Of a DNA stretch of 64,000 nt, positions 40,161 through 50,959 are shown piece after piece (within the stretch, counting starts at the first letter, position 1; each line of letters opens with the position of its first letter). A model generated the notes under the pieces. The model was given only the letters and a program-made list of their open reading frames with translations, searched no databases and was not told the origin of the DNA. The DNA is taken from assembly GCA_019358915.1 (NCBI GenBank), contig JAHHIM010000036.1, positions 416,001 through 480,000 on the forward strand, written 5' to 3'. This stretch comes from Trichormus sp. ATA11-4-KO1. Lineage in GTDB: Bacteria > Cyanobacteriota > Cyanobacteriia > Cyanobacteriales > Nostocaceae. The translations under genes were made by a program, and so were the position numbers.

Positions 40161-42098
40161 ATGCCTGTAGAAACTAATAACAAAAAACCAACCAAACCGC
40201 CGCAAACAAGGCAGTTTGGCGGTAGTTTACTCATTCTGCTAACTTTTTTATTACTGCTTAACTTAATTGTTCCGAGTCTTTTAGAGACACGTCAATCACA
40301 AGTTCCCTATAGTGAGTTTGTTGCTCAGGTTCAAGATGGCAAAGTTGAGCGAGCCATCGTGGGTAGCGATCGCATTGAATATACCATCAAAACCCAAACC
40401 CCTGAAGGCAAAACTGTTGAACAAGTATTTACCACCACACCAGTGGCTATTGATCTAGATTTGCCTAAAATTCTCCGGGAACATGATGTAGAGTTTACAG
40501 CACCACCTCCAGCACAAAATGGTTGGATTGGCACATTACTTAGCTGGATTGCTCCACCATTAATTTTCTTTGGAATATGGGCTTTTTTAATCAATCGTCA
40601 AGGCGGTGGCCCGGCTGCACTCACAATAGGTAAAAGCAAAGCTCGGATCTATTCTGAAGGTAGTACTGGTGTGCAATTTACTGATGTGGCTGGTGTTGAT
40701 GAAGCTAAGTCCGAATTAGAAGAAATTGTCGATTTTCTCAAAAATGCGGCTAAATACACCAGATTGGGAGCAAAAATTCCCAAAGGTGTGTTGTTGGTAG
40801 GTCCTCCAGGAACTGGTAAAACCATGCTAGCAAAAGCGATCGCTGGTGAAGCTGGCGTTCCCTTTTTCAGTATTTCTGGTTCAGAATTTATTGAATTATT
40901 CGTGGGCGTAGGTGCTTCACGCGTCCGCGACTTATTTGAACAAGCCAAACAACAAGCTCCCTGTATTGTCTTTATTGACGAGTTAGACGCACTGGGTAAG
41001 TCTCGCGGTGGTGCTGGACAAATTATGGGTGGTAACGATGAGCGCGAACAAACCCTCAACCAATTACTCAGCGAAATGGATGGCTTTGATGCTAACACAG
41101 GGGTGATTATCATCGCCGCTACCAACCGTCCCGAAGTGATTGACCCCGCCTTACGTCGTCCTGGTCGATTTGACCGTCAAGTTGTGGTTGACCGACCTGA
41201 TAAAAGCGGTCGTGAAGCTATTCTCAAAGTCCATGCCAGAAATGTCAAATTGGCTAATGATGTGGATTTATCAATTATTGCCGCCAGGACTCCTGGTTTT
41301 GCTGGTGCAGATTTAGCTAATCTTGTCAATGAAGCAGCATTATTGGCAGCTAGGCAAAATCGTCAAGCAGTATTCATGGCAGATTTTAATGAAGCCATTG
41401 AGCGTTTGGTGGCTGGTTTAGAAAAACGCTCTCGTGTTTTGAATGAAGTGGAGAAAACAACTGTAGCTTATCACGAAGTCGGTCATGCTATCATCGGTGC
41501 ATTAATGCCTGGTGCGGGGAAAGTCGAAAAAATTTCTGTTGTCCCCCGTGGTGTCGGGGCGCTGGGTTATACAATTCAGATGCCAGAAGAAGACCGCTTC
41601 TTGATGATAGAAGACGAAATTCGCGGACGGATTGCCACTTTGTTGGGTGGACGTTCTGCCGAAGAAATTGTTTTTGGCAAAGTTTCCACAGGTGCAGCTG
41701 ATGACATCCAAAAAGCCACTGACTTAGCTGAACGAGCCATTACCCTCTATGGGATGAGCGAAAAATTAGGGCCTGTAGCTTTTGAAAAGATTCAACAGCA
41801 GTTTTTAGAAGGTTATGGCAATCCCCGCCGTGCTATCAGTCCCAAGGTGGCTGAAGAAATTGACCGGGAAGTTAAGCAGACAGTAGATAATGCTCACCAC
41901 ATAGCTTTAAGCATATTACATCATAACCGTGAGTTGTTAGAAGAGACAGCACAGGCATTATTAGATAAAGAAATTCTCGAAGGAGCCAAACTGCGGGAAC
42001 GTCTCAACCGAGTGCAAGCACCAGATGAGCTCAATGAATGGTTACGGACTGGTAAGTTATCAGAAGATAAACCGCTAATGCAATCACTGCTAGTGTAA
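40161..42098 (+). CDS. ftsH: ATP-dependent zinc metalloprotease FtsH (probably FtsH4 clade)
   Basis: Two [28 protein letters not shown]. Confidence 0.96.
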   Translation: MPVETNNKKPTKPPQTRQFGGSLLILLTFLLLLNLIVPSLLETRQSQVPYSEFVAQVQDGKVERAIVGSDRIEYTIKTQTPEGKTVEQVFTTTPVAIDLDLPKILREHDVEFTAPPPAQNGWIGTLLSWIAPPLIFFGIWAFLINRQGGGPAALTIGKSKARIYSEGSTGVQFTDVAGVDEAKSELEEIVDFLKNAAKYTRLGAKIPKGVLLVGPPGTGKTMLAKAIAGEAGVPFFSISGSEFIELFVGVGASRVRDLFEQAKQQAPCIVFIDELDALGKSRGGAGQIMGGNDEREQTLNQLLSEMDGFDANTGVIIIAATNRPEVIDPALRRPGRFDRQVVVDRPDKSGREAILKVHARNVKLANDVDLSIIAARTPGFAGADLANLVNEAALLAARQNRQAVFMADFNEAIERLVAGLEKRSRVLNEVEKTTVAYHEVGHAIIGALMPGAGKVEKISVVPRGVGALGYTIQMPEEDRFLMIEDEIRGRIATLLGGRSAEEIVFGKVSTGAADDIQKATDLAERAITLYGMSEKLGPVAFEKIQQQFLEGYGNPRRAISPKVAEEIDREVKQTVDNAHHIALSILHHNRELLEETAQALLDKEILEGAKLRERLNRVQAPDELNEWLRTGKLSEDKPLMQSLLV

Positions 42099-42116
42099 AA
42101 ATTTGGCATTGAATTG

Positions 42117-42151
42117 AAAAGCGATCGCCCATTTCCAGAGCGATCGCTTTT
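42117..42151. terminator. Bidirectional terminator-like hairpin whose arms are HIP1 sites
   Basis: AAAAGCGATCGC-N11-GCGATCGCTTTT between convergent genes. Confidence 0.65.
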
Positions 42152-42188
42152 TGCATATTCTTAATACTGTTACCCACCACATTAGGAA

Positions 42189-42380
42189 TTATTTAACTTC
42201 ACCAAACGCATGTTCTACGTCTGCCATGTTGTTATATTCCCGCTCTGGCATTTGTTGAAGGACGTTGATGATTTCTTCGTTAGCATTTTTCTCTCTGGCA
42301 TGGTTGACTAAATCCTGTTTATTTGCCGGAAAATCTATGCCACTGAGAGTTCTTGAAATATCAATTGCAGATACTGCCAT
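42189..42380 (-). CDS. DUF2795 domain small protein
   Basis: LSGIDFPANKQDLV..A..NA...L..MPEREY; GAGG ribosome-binding site. Confidence 0.85.
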   Translation of the reverse strand: MAVSAIDISRTLSGIDFPANKQDLVNHAREKNANEEIINVLQQMPEREYNNMADVEHAFGEVK

Positions 42381-42481
42381 AACTTACCTCTGTTAGTTGG
42401 TTGTTTGATATATGTCTAGGCTATTGGCGATCGCTATCTCTAATTCTCTACCTGCAGATGTATCTTATACCTCGAAATTTT

Positions 42482-42497
42482 TGTAATCTCATATACA
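42482..42497. promoter_or_regulatory. NtcA consensus site upstream of the DUF2795 gene
   Basis: TGTA-ATCTCATA-TACA; no -10 box at the canonical activating distance. Confidence 0.45.
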
Positions 42498-42728
42498 TGA
42501 TTTTTCTATTTTAGATACTCTTGAAAAATCTCTTTTTGTTCTTTAACTCTGTGATCTCTGTGGTAAACGTTTCCTAACCCAGCACAATTAACTTGCCAGA
42601 CTACTAAAATTTATTGTCCAAAAACCGAGAAAATTTGGGAATTTTCTCTTAAAATATCTATTTGTTTTTGAGGATTATGGCGCAAAATTGCTTAATTGAC
42701 GAGAAAAAATGCTACATTGCAATGTTAT

Positions 42729-43184
42729 TCAAGAATGCTGTTGTTTCCATTTCTCCCACAGAGGACGTACATCCTCTGGTTGCCTATCGTAGTTAAGCAA
42801 CTGGTCTGAAATTATCACCCACGGCTGGGCATTGCGTGTCCAAAGATTGCCAACTGGATGCAACCAGCTTGTATCATCTAGCGTTCCAGCTTTGACATTG
42901 ATCGTGTTTGGGCTGTAAGTCCGCTCATGAAATAATCGCGTTCCGCAGTCACCACAGAACAGATTTTTTACTTCACGTCCGCTATCAGCTTTGCGAATCC
43001 AAGCTTTTGGTTGCCCGTGAATAATGACCACAGCATCTCGTGGTACAGTCAGTGACATACCAAAGGCACTAGAGGATTGTTTTTGACACTCTTTGCAGTG
43101 GCACACATAAAGAGTTAATGCTTGGGCGCGGATTTCGTAACGAATCTGACCACATTGACAACCCCCAGTATATGGAAGACTCAC
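42729..43184 (-). CDS. GFA (glutathione-dependent formaldehyde-activating / CENP-V) family protein
   Basis: GGCQCG, CHCKECQK, FCGDCGT. Confidence 0.92.
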   Translation of the reverse strand: MSLPYTGGCQCGQIRYEIRAQALTLYVCHCKECQKQSSSAFGMSLTVPRDAVVIIHGQPKAWIRKADSGREVKNLFCGDCGTRLFHERTYSPNTINVKAGTLDDTSWLHPVGNLWTRNAQPWVIISDQLLNYDRQPEDVRPLWEKWKQQHS

Positions 43185-43576
43185 AAATTTTTTCTCCTCA
43201 AGAATTAGCTATTACTCTGTGCAACTAAGGCTATCTCACTTTTGAAGCAAGCAAATTTTAGCAAATAAAGTTAGCCCAATATCGCTTTTCTAATTTCGCT
43301 TGAACCTCACTTTTGCCAAGTAATCTGGCACCAGAAAAGTGGATAAAGCTCAGCCTACGCTAACTCGTTGAAGAAATAATCAATGCTTAATCTAATTACA
43401 AAGAAGTATTAAAGTGACGCTGCTAAATTTGCATTGGTTTAAGTGCAATTTTAATTGTATCAACTGTCTCGTTTGAATTGCCAAATCAAGGGATAGTAGA
43501 GCGCGTTTAGCAGTCTACTGCTAACTTTAAGTACTCCTTTAAAACCTTTGCCATGCATTGATACAACTTTTGTCAA

Positions 43577-43609
43577 GGGGGGAAATTCAGTTTAGTCTGA
43601 ACTTCCCCC
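43577..43609. terminator. Hairpin downstream of the WD40 gene
   Basis: gggggaaattcag-tttagt-ctgaacttccccc. Confidence 0.55.
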
Positions 43610-43630
43610 AAGCAAAAAACACTGATTTTA

Positions 43631-45433
43631 TTAACTTCGTTGCCAAATTTTAATTGTCTTATCCAAACTACCACTGACTAACATTTCCCCGGAAGCAGTG
43701 AAAGCTAAAGCTGTGATTGTATTGCCATGACCTGTAAAAGTACCCAACAATTCACCTGTTTCTAAATGCCACAACTTAATAGTTTGATCAGCGCTACCAC
43801 TAGCGATAATTTGTTCATCAGGACTCAGGGCGATCGCATACACTTGATCTCTATGGCCTTTCAGGGTGCGAATTAATTTCCCAGTTTCCAAGTGCCAAAT
43901 TTTTATTGTTTGATCCCAACTACCACTGACAAGCAGTTTACCATCTGCACTGAGTGCCAGGGAACGCACAATATGCGAATGACCTGTGAGGGTGTATAAC
44001 GGTTGTGCATCTTTGAGAATTTTCCCTCTGCTGGGGTGTGAGGTTTGCCAAACTTTGATTTTGCGGTAGCTACCTGTTACCAAAGTTTGTCCATCTCGAC
44101 TGAGAACTAGGGAATGAGCAACTGTATCATCTAAAGATAAGGCGATCGCTACTTGACGTTGCATCAAATCCCAAAATAGAACTTTTCTGTCATCTCCACC
44201 AGTGGCTAACATCCGTCCATCTGGTGTGAACGCCACGCACCGCACCATGCCATTATGCTTGTGCATAATATCTATCAAATCTAGTGCGCCTATGTGCCAA
44301 ATCTTAATTGTGGAATCTGCACCACCACTGACTAAAGTTTGTCCATCAGCACTAAAGGCGAGGGAATTCACTTCATCCACTAACCCAGATACCACCCAAG
44401 GATACTCTGATAATGTCTCTATTAATTCGCCCTTACTTAAATCCCATAGCTTTGTCTCACCACGACTACCACTTGCTAATATGGGCGCAGTTGTGCCATT
44501 ATTGCACCTGGAACTAAAGGCTAAACAATTAATTCCTCTAGTGTGACCTTTTAATGTCTGCCAGCATTCCCAGTCACCGATTATATCCTTGCGGGGATGT
44601 TCTGGCGGCAAAGTCTGAATTGTTTCTGCGATCGTGTTTTCATCAACTAGTAATGGGATATCTTCTTTGGCGATTTTTTTGGTAATTAATGATTCTAAAT
44701 ACCAACTTAATCCCCCCGCATACAACAAATTACTCGGAGTGACGTACAGTTTTGGTTCGGTAAATTCAATTTGCTTAGTAGGTAAAAAACCAGTAATTAC
44801 CGCATGTTTTTCCGAGCCTAATTTACTAGGAGATAGATAAAATAAACATAGAAAAATTAATACTTGGTGATTCCTCAAATCCTCTTGCGTAACTGACCAC
44901 CTAATTTTGTTTTTCTTAATACCGTTAAAACTTTCTCCATCAGCTGCGTAAACTTGAATACTCAGCTTCGGGTTATTTGCAAGCAAGTAAGTAAATTTGC
45001 TCTCACCGCGTAAGTTTCCCTCATCATCTAACACCATGTTTCGCAAGGTATCTTGTGGTAACTTTTTCACCAACTTACCCAGACGTTCAGTCATTACCTG
45101 TCCGACAATTTGCTCTCGCAAAAGATAATCTTCTGCTTGTTGCTGGAAGTATTTGGGAAAAGGTATCACCCAGTCAGGAGGTTCAGGATATTCAGGTGGT
45201 GTAGGCGGGGGATTTTTAGCCAAAATTTCGGCTTGTTGACGAGCAAATTTCCGGATTTCGACCAATGGCTCGCCCGAAAATGCCATAATTTCACTGTGAC
45301 ATCCTTTAACTTGACTTTCCAACAAAGATAAATCGTAAGTTTTAGGTTTTTTCACACGTTGAAGAAAGTCGGCTTGTTGAGCTTTTAGTAAGCTAATCCA
45401 ATCCATTTGCATTCCAGCAGCACAATATTGCAT
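43631..45433 (-). CDS. WD40-repeat protein with an uncharacterised N-terminal domain
   Basis: Seven GH...SGSxD.TIKIW-type repeats in the C-terminal half; start probably at MQMDW or MDW. Confidence 0.9.
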   Translation of the reverse strand: MQYCAAGMQMDWISLLKAQQADFLQRVKKPKTYDLSLLESQVKGCHSEIMAFSGEPLVEIRKFARQQAEILAKNPPPTPPEYPEPPDWVIPFPKYFQQQAEDYLLREQIVGQVMTERLGKLVKKLPQDTLRNMVLDDEGNLRGESKFTYLLANNPKLSIQVYAADGESFNGIKKNKIRWSVTQEDLRNHQVLIFLCLFYLSPSKLGSEKHAVITGFLPTKQIEFTEPKLYVTPSNLLYAGGLSWYLESLITKKIAKEDIPLLVDENTIAETIQTLPPEHPRKDIIGDWECWQTLKGHTRGINCLAFSSRCNNGTTAPILASGSRGETKLWDLSKGELIETLSEYPWVVSGLVDEVNSLAFSADGQTLVSGGADSTIKIWHIGALDLIDIMHKHNGMVRCVAFTPDGRMLATGGDDRKVLFWDLMQRQVAIALSLDDTVAHSLVLSRDGQTLVTGSYRKIKVWQTSHPSRGKILKDAQPLYTLTGHSHIVRSLALSADGKLLVSGSWDQTIKIWHLETGKLIRTLKGHRDQVYAIALSPDEQIIASGSADQTIKLWHLETGELLGTFTGHGNTITALAFTASGEMLVSGSLDKTIKIWQRS

Positions 45434-45818
45434 ACCTAAGGTAAGCTATACCAACGTAATTACTCAAGTTTATAACTTCTAGTTAATTAAAAATTACGTG
45501 AACCTCGCAGTCTAATGGAACACATTTATGGTCATATGTTCGTGAGTAGTACACATCTAGGCAGCACTCAGACGATTAATCGACTAACATGACTGCGGTA
45601 TGGTTAATTAGATGATGTCTGTCAATTCTAACTAACCTGAACAACGAGATACTGTTTTCCTAGAAACAGTTCTATCCGCAAAAGAAAGTATGATTTAAGA
45701 AAAACTCTGATATTCGCAGTGACGTTAAGCCAACAATTAGCTATGACTAAACAATTAGCATCACTATATCTAGTGTTTATGTTTTAAATTGCTCATAAAT
45801 CAAGCATATTGGCTAATA

Positions 45819-46190
45819 TTAAGCTTTGTCTTCATTGATAGTAGGCTTAGTACTATCACTTATTTCTAGTTGTTTAATTTTCATCCGTAAATCAAAGTCA
45901 TCACTGCTCACTATTGTTTCCAAATTGACTAATCTTTGCTCTAAAAGTTCTATTTGCTGAGATTGCAAATACTGATTTTTTGATTTTTTTTCATCAGCAC
46001 GCCATATGGCAATAGTCCCAACTGCTGCACCACCAATAGCGGCTAAAGGAAGAATGGGACCACTTTTAGTAACAGATGAAAGTGGGATGCAAATTCCTAG
46101 AATACCAACGGTCATTCCCCATATCTTTGTGGTAGCAGTTAATCTGATGTCTTGAGATGATTCTATGTCTTTTTGCGGTTGTTTACTCAT
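45819..46190 (-). CDS. Hypothetical membrane protein (two hydrophobic segments plus coiled coil)
   Basis: KIWGMTVGILGICIPL, LEQRLVNLETIV. Confidence 0.75.
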   Translation of the reverse strand: MSKQPQKDIESSQDIRLTATTKIWGMTVGILGICIPLSSVTKSGPILPLAAIGGAAVGTIAIWRADEKKSKNQYLQSQQIELLEQRLVNLETIVSSDDFDLRMKIKQLEISDSTKPTINEDKA

Positions 46191-46413
46191 AAGTCTCTCT
46201 GAGAAGATTTACTTGTTAGATTCGCATAATCCCTGACAAATATACCTCCTACAACTGGTTAAGTATAATTGCTCTACGTGAACTGAGGAAGTTTTAAATT
46301 ACCGTGTTTAAATTTTAACATTCCCATATATTTCTTGATTTATTTGGCTTAGATGCTAGCTAAAAACTGAATGAATACGCAGATTTTTTAGAAGTGATGT
46401 GAGGAAGCCGCAG

Positions 46414-47397
46414 ATGAATATCCGAGCCATTGTTGAAGCTGCCAAAGTTGATGATGCTCAATCTCCTTACGATACCATCCACCTGAAAATTCTCTATCCG
46501 GCGTTGATTTTGAAGAGTGATGTAGAGAAAAATATGGGAATTATGCCTGTTAATCCAGAAAAGGCTCCTTTCCCGGTGGTGATTCTCTTCAGTGGCTTTA
46601 ACTGTGATGCCCAACAATACCAATGGTTAGGAGTTAAACTGGCTGAACGTAGACTAGTTGTAGTGTTGTTTAACTGGATTGCGGAAACCCTACCAGGAAT
46701 GACTAGTTTTACCCCTGGGTTTAATTTAGAACATAGAAAACCAACACTTTATCGTACCGCTCCCACGGCTTCGGCTTTACCAGCAGTGCTGGCTACATTA
46801 GAAAAGTTACAAACCAGGGGGATTTTAGCTGGAAAGCTTGACTTGCAACGCATCATTTTAGGTGGGCACTCAGAAGGTGGTAGAGTAGCCATGGAAAACG
46901 CTGATCCTCAGTTTTTCCCTCAAGTTGCAGCATCATTTGCTTACGGTACACATACAGCCGGAATGATGATGTTGGGACATGAAGCCAATCATATTTTGCC
47001 TCTACCAGATTCTCTGCCTCTGCTAATCATGGGCGGAACTTGTGATGGCATAATTGCTAACAGCAACCCTCATTATGGCTTGATTGCAGGAAATGCTACT
47101 ACTCCAGTCATACGTACATTCCATGAAGCAATTACAGGCGGAAGAAATGACAGCTATCTAGTAATTTTGGCAGGAGCAAATCATTTTTCGATAGTTGACT
47201 CCTACGACGAAACAGCCGCCATACCCTTTGTTGACTTCCCTGCTACTCAACCCCAAGCAGATATCCGGTTGCTGATGGCTGAAATTATTGGTTCATTTAT
47301 TGATACTTGTGTACGCCACCAACCAGAGATATTTCCAGAGCTTGAGGAATTATTAAATACTGCCAATCCTTTGATAAAATCCTTTGAGCGTAAATAA
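46414..47397 (+). CDS. Alpha/beta hydrolase (dienelactone hydrolase / chlorophyllase-like)
   Basis: PFPVVILFSG, GGHSEGG nucleophile elbow, GTCD, GANHFS. Confidence 0.8.
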   Translation: MNIRAIVEAAKVDDAQSPYDTIHLKILYPALILKSDVEKNMGIMPVNPEKAPFPVVILFSGFNCDAQQYQWLGVKLAERRLVVVLFNWIAETLPGMTSFTPGFNLEHRKPTLYRTAPTASALPAVLATLEKLQTRGILAGKLDLQRIILGGHSEGGRVAMENADPQFFPQVAASFAYGTHTAGMMMLGHEANHILPLPDSLPLLIMGGTCDGIIANSNPHYGLIAGNATTPVIRTFHEAITGGRNDSYLVILAGANHFSIVDSYDETAAIPFVDFPATQPQADIRLLMAEIIGSFIDTCVRHQPEIFPELEELLNTANPLIKSFERK

Positions 47398-47424
47398 TTA
47401 ATTTGTAAGTATTGAAACAATTTT

Positions 47425-48105
47425 ATGACAAGTACATCTTACATTTTTCTGGCTGGGGCAAGTCGTGGCGTTGGTCGAGAAATTGCCCAATACTTGACAG
47501 CACAAAATCTTCAGGTGAAAGCATTCCTGAGAAATGAAGCTGCTGCTGCTGAACTAGAAGCGATGAATATTCAGCCTGTTATGGGAGATGCTTTGAATGT
47601 GGATGATGTAGAACGCGCCATCTTGACAAATGAGCCTATCCACACCGTTATTAGTACCATTGGCGGTTTACCTACACAAGGTGAAAGAGCAGATTATCTT
47701 GGTAATAAAAATCTCATCGATGCCGCAGTGAAAGCAAGAGTACAAAAGTTTATTCTGGTGTCTTCCATCGGTACTGGTAATAGTGCCGATGCTTTACCTC
47801 CGCAAGCTTTGGCAACACTGGGGCCTGTATTAGTCGAAAAAGACAAAGCTGAACAACATTTAATAGCTAGTGGACTCACCTACACAATCATTCGTCCTGG
47901 TGGACTAAAGTCAGAACCAGCAACAGGTAATGGTATTTTAACTGAAGATCCGCGTATTGTTGGCAGTATCAATCGTGCAGATGTCGCCCAGTTAGTTTGT
48001 CGCTGTTTAAATTCTGAGCGTTCTCACAATAAAACTTTGTCTGCAATGGACAGAAATATGTTATATGAGGGACAACCAGAGTTTGTAGAATTTACTTTAG
48101 ATTAA
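47425..48105 (+). CDS. Atypical SDR, NAD(P)H-binding protein
   Basis: AGASRGVG, NLIDAA, YTIIRPGGL, INRADVA. Confidence 0.9.
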   Translation: MTSTSYIFLAGASRGVGREIAQYLTAQNLQVKAFLRNEAAAAELEAMNIQPVMGDALNVDDVERAILTNEPIHTVISTIGGLPTQGERADYLGNKNLIDAAVKARVQKFILVSSIGTGNSADALPPQALATLGPVLVEKDKAEQHLIASGLTYTIIRPGGLKSEPATGNGILTEDPRIVGSINRADVAQLVCRCLNSERSHNKTLSAMDRNMLYEGQPEFVEFTLD

Positions 48106-48195
48106 TAGAGCAAACCTTTTAGAAAATTCAAAAGTCAAAATGAAACTTTTTGACTTTTGAATTGAGTTGTCTCCCTCATTGCTTCATGAGCTTTC

Positions 48196-48445
48196 TTACT
48201 CTCCTGATATTTGCAAAAACACAGTTCCTTTACGAGGCCCGTCTAACTCAAAAAACAACACAAATTGCCAAGTTCCCAAAGCTAATTTACCTTTTACAAT
48301 GGGAACTACTTCACTTGTAGTCAGCATCATTGCCATTAAGTGGAAATGAGCATTTATGGGTTCATCTTCTGGAACATCCCTTAAATGCAAGTCGTTATTT
48401 AAGTAACGATCTGATTCAGGAGCTAATTTACGCAAAAATACGTCG
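48196..48445 (-). pseudogene. 5'-truncated YjbQ-family (UPF0047) gene
   Basis: C-terminal NAH.HL, GKLALGTWQ..LFFELDGPR present; N-terminal part with HTT motif missing. Confidence 0.75.
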
Positions 48446-48548
48446 AAAATATTATCTTCTTTCTTAACTAACCTGCGGAATGTGGGTTCCGTGCGTGGGC
48501 AAGACAGCAAATAGGAGCGATTTAGTTACAATTTTTAGAATTGGCTAC

Positions 48549-49403
48549 TCAAAAAGAATGATTATCATTGTGGAAAACTGTATATTTTATTTTCTGGAAT
48601 TCTCTAGCTTCCTCTGGGTCGTATTTTCTACCTTGACAAAACTCATCTACCCAAGAAGCCAGACTACGAGCATTAGTACTGGGTGATAGATTAACCTTAC
48701 GGGGAATATCTTGTGGTTGTATCTTTACATAGTTGCCGTTTTCTAGAGAAGGTAGAGTTTTGGCTTTGCTGGGAACCTCAGTAGTAATTGCCAGAGGCGA
48801 TCGCACTGGATTATGTTGACGTAATAAGCCGGAAGGTGGCTTGGCAAAGTGTAGCATCTTGGCGGGAGATGGAGAAGTATCCTTAGTCGCAACAGCAACC
48901 GATGACACAAGTTTTTGTGTACGAATCACCTCAGTAGTAGCTGTAAAATATGACATAGGTTTGTGTGCCTGTGGCAAATCAGAGGTCAGCTTTTCCGAAT
49001 GTAGGGTTTTGGCTGGAGAATGGGAAGCAATCTTAGTTGCAATTGCCACCAATGGTACAGTTTGACTCTCGGCACATTTATCTTGTACAGAATCGCTTTC
49101 AACTTGGTTAGCAGCCGGAGAATGCTCGAATTTGATTAAACGTAACTCTTCATCAGGATTGAAGTTAAGACCTAAAGCTGCGACTATCTTATCGGGATTG
49201 TCATTCAGATCCAGGATAAAAGGAAGTATTTCATCAAGCTGCGGCTCTAAAACCGACAAAGTAGCCAAAATAAACCCAGATGAAGGACGACGCAGACCAT
49301 TGTAGGTGCCCCAAACTCTCATTTTGACTAGCCAAGGACGATTTTGCTTGTAGTAACCCAGCCACTTCATTTTTAAAGATTGACGTAGCTGCTGAATATT
49401 CAT
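48549..49403 (-). CDS. DUF5331-like cyanobacterial protein with low-complexity C-terminal region
   Basis: MNIQQLRQSLKMKWL.YY..NR.WL, RRPSSGFILA, LGLNFNP. Confidence 0.75.
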   Translation of the reverse strand: MNIQQLRQSLKMKWLGYYKQNRPWLVKMRVWGTYNGLRRPSSGFILATLSVLEPQLDEILPFILDLNDNPDKIVAALGLNFNPDEELRLIKFEHSPAANQVESDSVQDKCAESQTVPLVAIATKIASHSPAKTLHSEKLTSDLPQAHKPMSYFTATTEVIRTQKLVSSVAVATKDTSPSPAKMLHFAKPPSGLLRQHNPVRSPLAITTEVPSKAKTLPSLENGNYVKIQPQDIPRKVNLSPSTNARSLASWVDEFCQGRKYDPEEAREFQKIKYTVFHNDNHSF

Positions 49404-49458
49404 TTGATGCCTCGCTTCAGTCAACAATTTGTGCAGTCTTTTGTATATGCAATTTGCT

Positions 49459-49791
49459 TTATCCCTGGGGATGAAACCGATAATAAAGCATCTGTTGAAC
49501 ACTTTTACCACTTAGCAAATGTTGTTCTACAACTAGAGGCACTTCATGGGGTCGAACGCCGCTATACCAAACCATGTCTGGTAATACCAGTACCATCGGC
49601 CCGTTACCACATTGTCCTAAACAGCAGCTAGCCGTTACGGTCATATCAGGGATTGGTAAAGCGGCAAAAGCTGCTAATACCTTTGCTGCACCTTGCTTTT
49701 TACAAGTGCGATTTTGACATACTCGCACGCATTTAGAAGCAGAGGATGAATCTGTTTTTGGTAGTTGTGATGATTGATTTATATTTGTCAT
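49459..49791 (-). CDS. Thioredoxin-like [2Fe-2S] ferredoxin
   Basis: CQNRTC, CLGQCGNGP, WY..V; upstream ORF extension is repeat-derived. Confidence 0.88.
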   Translation of the reverse strand: MTNINQSSQLPKTDSSSASKCVRVCQNRTCKKQGAAKVLAAFAALPIPDMTVTASCCLGQCGNGPMVLVLPDMVWYSGVRPHEVPLVVEQHLLSGKSVQQMLYYRFHPQG

Positions 49792-49889
49792 TTGTGAATG
49801 AGTGGACAAGGAGATGGGGAGACAAGGGGACAAGGGGATAAGAAAAATTATTTCTACCTTCCTATCTCCCAATGCCCAATGACTAATGA

Positions 49890-50864
49890 TTAATCTACTG
49901 ACAACCCTTTTGAGGCTAGCCATTCGCGGTTGAAGATTCGTGACTGATACCGGGAACCGCTATCACATAAAATGGTAACAATGGTGTGTCCTGGCCCTAA
50001 CTGCTTTGCTAAAGCCACAGCAGCCCCAACATTAATACCAGTAGAACCGCCCATTAATAGCCCGTCTTTCCGCAGGAGTTGATAAACAACCCGCAAAGCT
50101 TCTGTGTCATCTATCTGGATGGCATCATCAGTGGGTGCGCCTTCCATATTTGCAGTGACACGACTGTTACCAATGCCTTCGGTGATGGAATTACCCTCCA
50201 TTTTGATTTCACCAGTTTTGATGTAGCTATAAAGTCCACTACCCAGGGGATCGGCAACTACGCATTTAACAGCCGGATTTTGTGATTTCAGATACAAGGC
50301 TACACCTGCAAAAGTACCTCCAGTACCAGTTGCAGCCGTCCAAGCGTCAATTTTACCGTTTGTCTGTGTCCAAATTTCCGGTCCTGTGGTTTCGTAGTGG
50401 GCGCGGCGGTTAGCTAAATTATCAAACTGATTTGCCCAAATTGCGTTATCTAACTCGGCGGCAATTCTCCCAGATAATTTGACGTAGTTATTGGGGTCTT
50501 TGTAGGGGACAGCCGGCACAGGACGCACTTCTGCACCCAAAGTCGTCAGTGCATCAATTTTTTCTTGGGATTGGGTATTAGGAATAATAATCAGGCATTT
50601 GTAGCCTTTGGCGTTGCAAATATGTGCCAATCCGATGCCAGTATTCCCGGCGGTTCCTTCGACAACAGTGCCACCGGGTTTGAGTAGTCCCTTTTGCTCT
50701 GCATCTTCGACAATGTAAAGTGCAGCGCGGTCTTTGACGGAACCCCCAGGATTAAGAAATTCTGCTTTACCAAGGATTTCGCAACCTGTTTCTTCACTAA
50801 AGCTGTTTAAGCGAATTAGCGGTGTGTTGCCAACGGTGCCGACAAATCCATTTTTGATATCCAT
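49890..50864 (-). CDS. cysK: Cysteine synthase A-like PLP enzyme
   Basis: GNTPL, NPGGSVKDR, GTAGNTG, GTGGT, EGIG. Confidence 0.92.
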   Translation of the reverse strand: MDIKNGFVGTVGNTPLIRLNSFSEETGCEILGKAEFLNPGGSVKDRAALYIVEDAEQKGLLKPGGTVVEGTAGNTGIGLAHICNAKGYKCLIIIPNTQSQEKIDALTTLGAEVRPVPAVPYKDPNNYVKLSGRIAAELDNAIWANQFDNLANRRAHYETTGPEIWTQTNGKIDAWTAATGTGGTFAGVALYLKSQNPAVKCVVADPLGSGLYSYIKTGEIKMEGNSITEGIGNSRVTANMEGAPTDDAIQIDDTEALRVVYQLLRKDGLLMGGSTGINVGAAVALAKQLGPGHTIVTILCDSGSRYQSRIFNREWLASKGLSVD

Positions 50865-50959
50865 TTTGACTTTACCTGAGTTCTTGTCTATAAAAATTTT
50901 GGCTTATAGCGGTGGTTAGATTTACAGATTTTCAAAATACTAATACGCGATCGCTCCCC

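Noticed and set aside
40649..41125. 158-aa minus-strand ORF
   Set aside because: Typical antisense frame of the conserved FtsH AAA domain
43200..43570. Possible sRNA or gene remnant between GFA and WD40 genes
   Set aside because: No recognisable family, promoter-terminator pair or convincing frame
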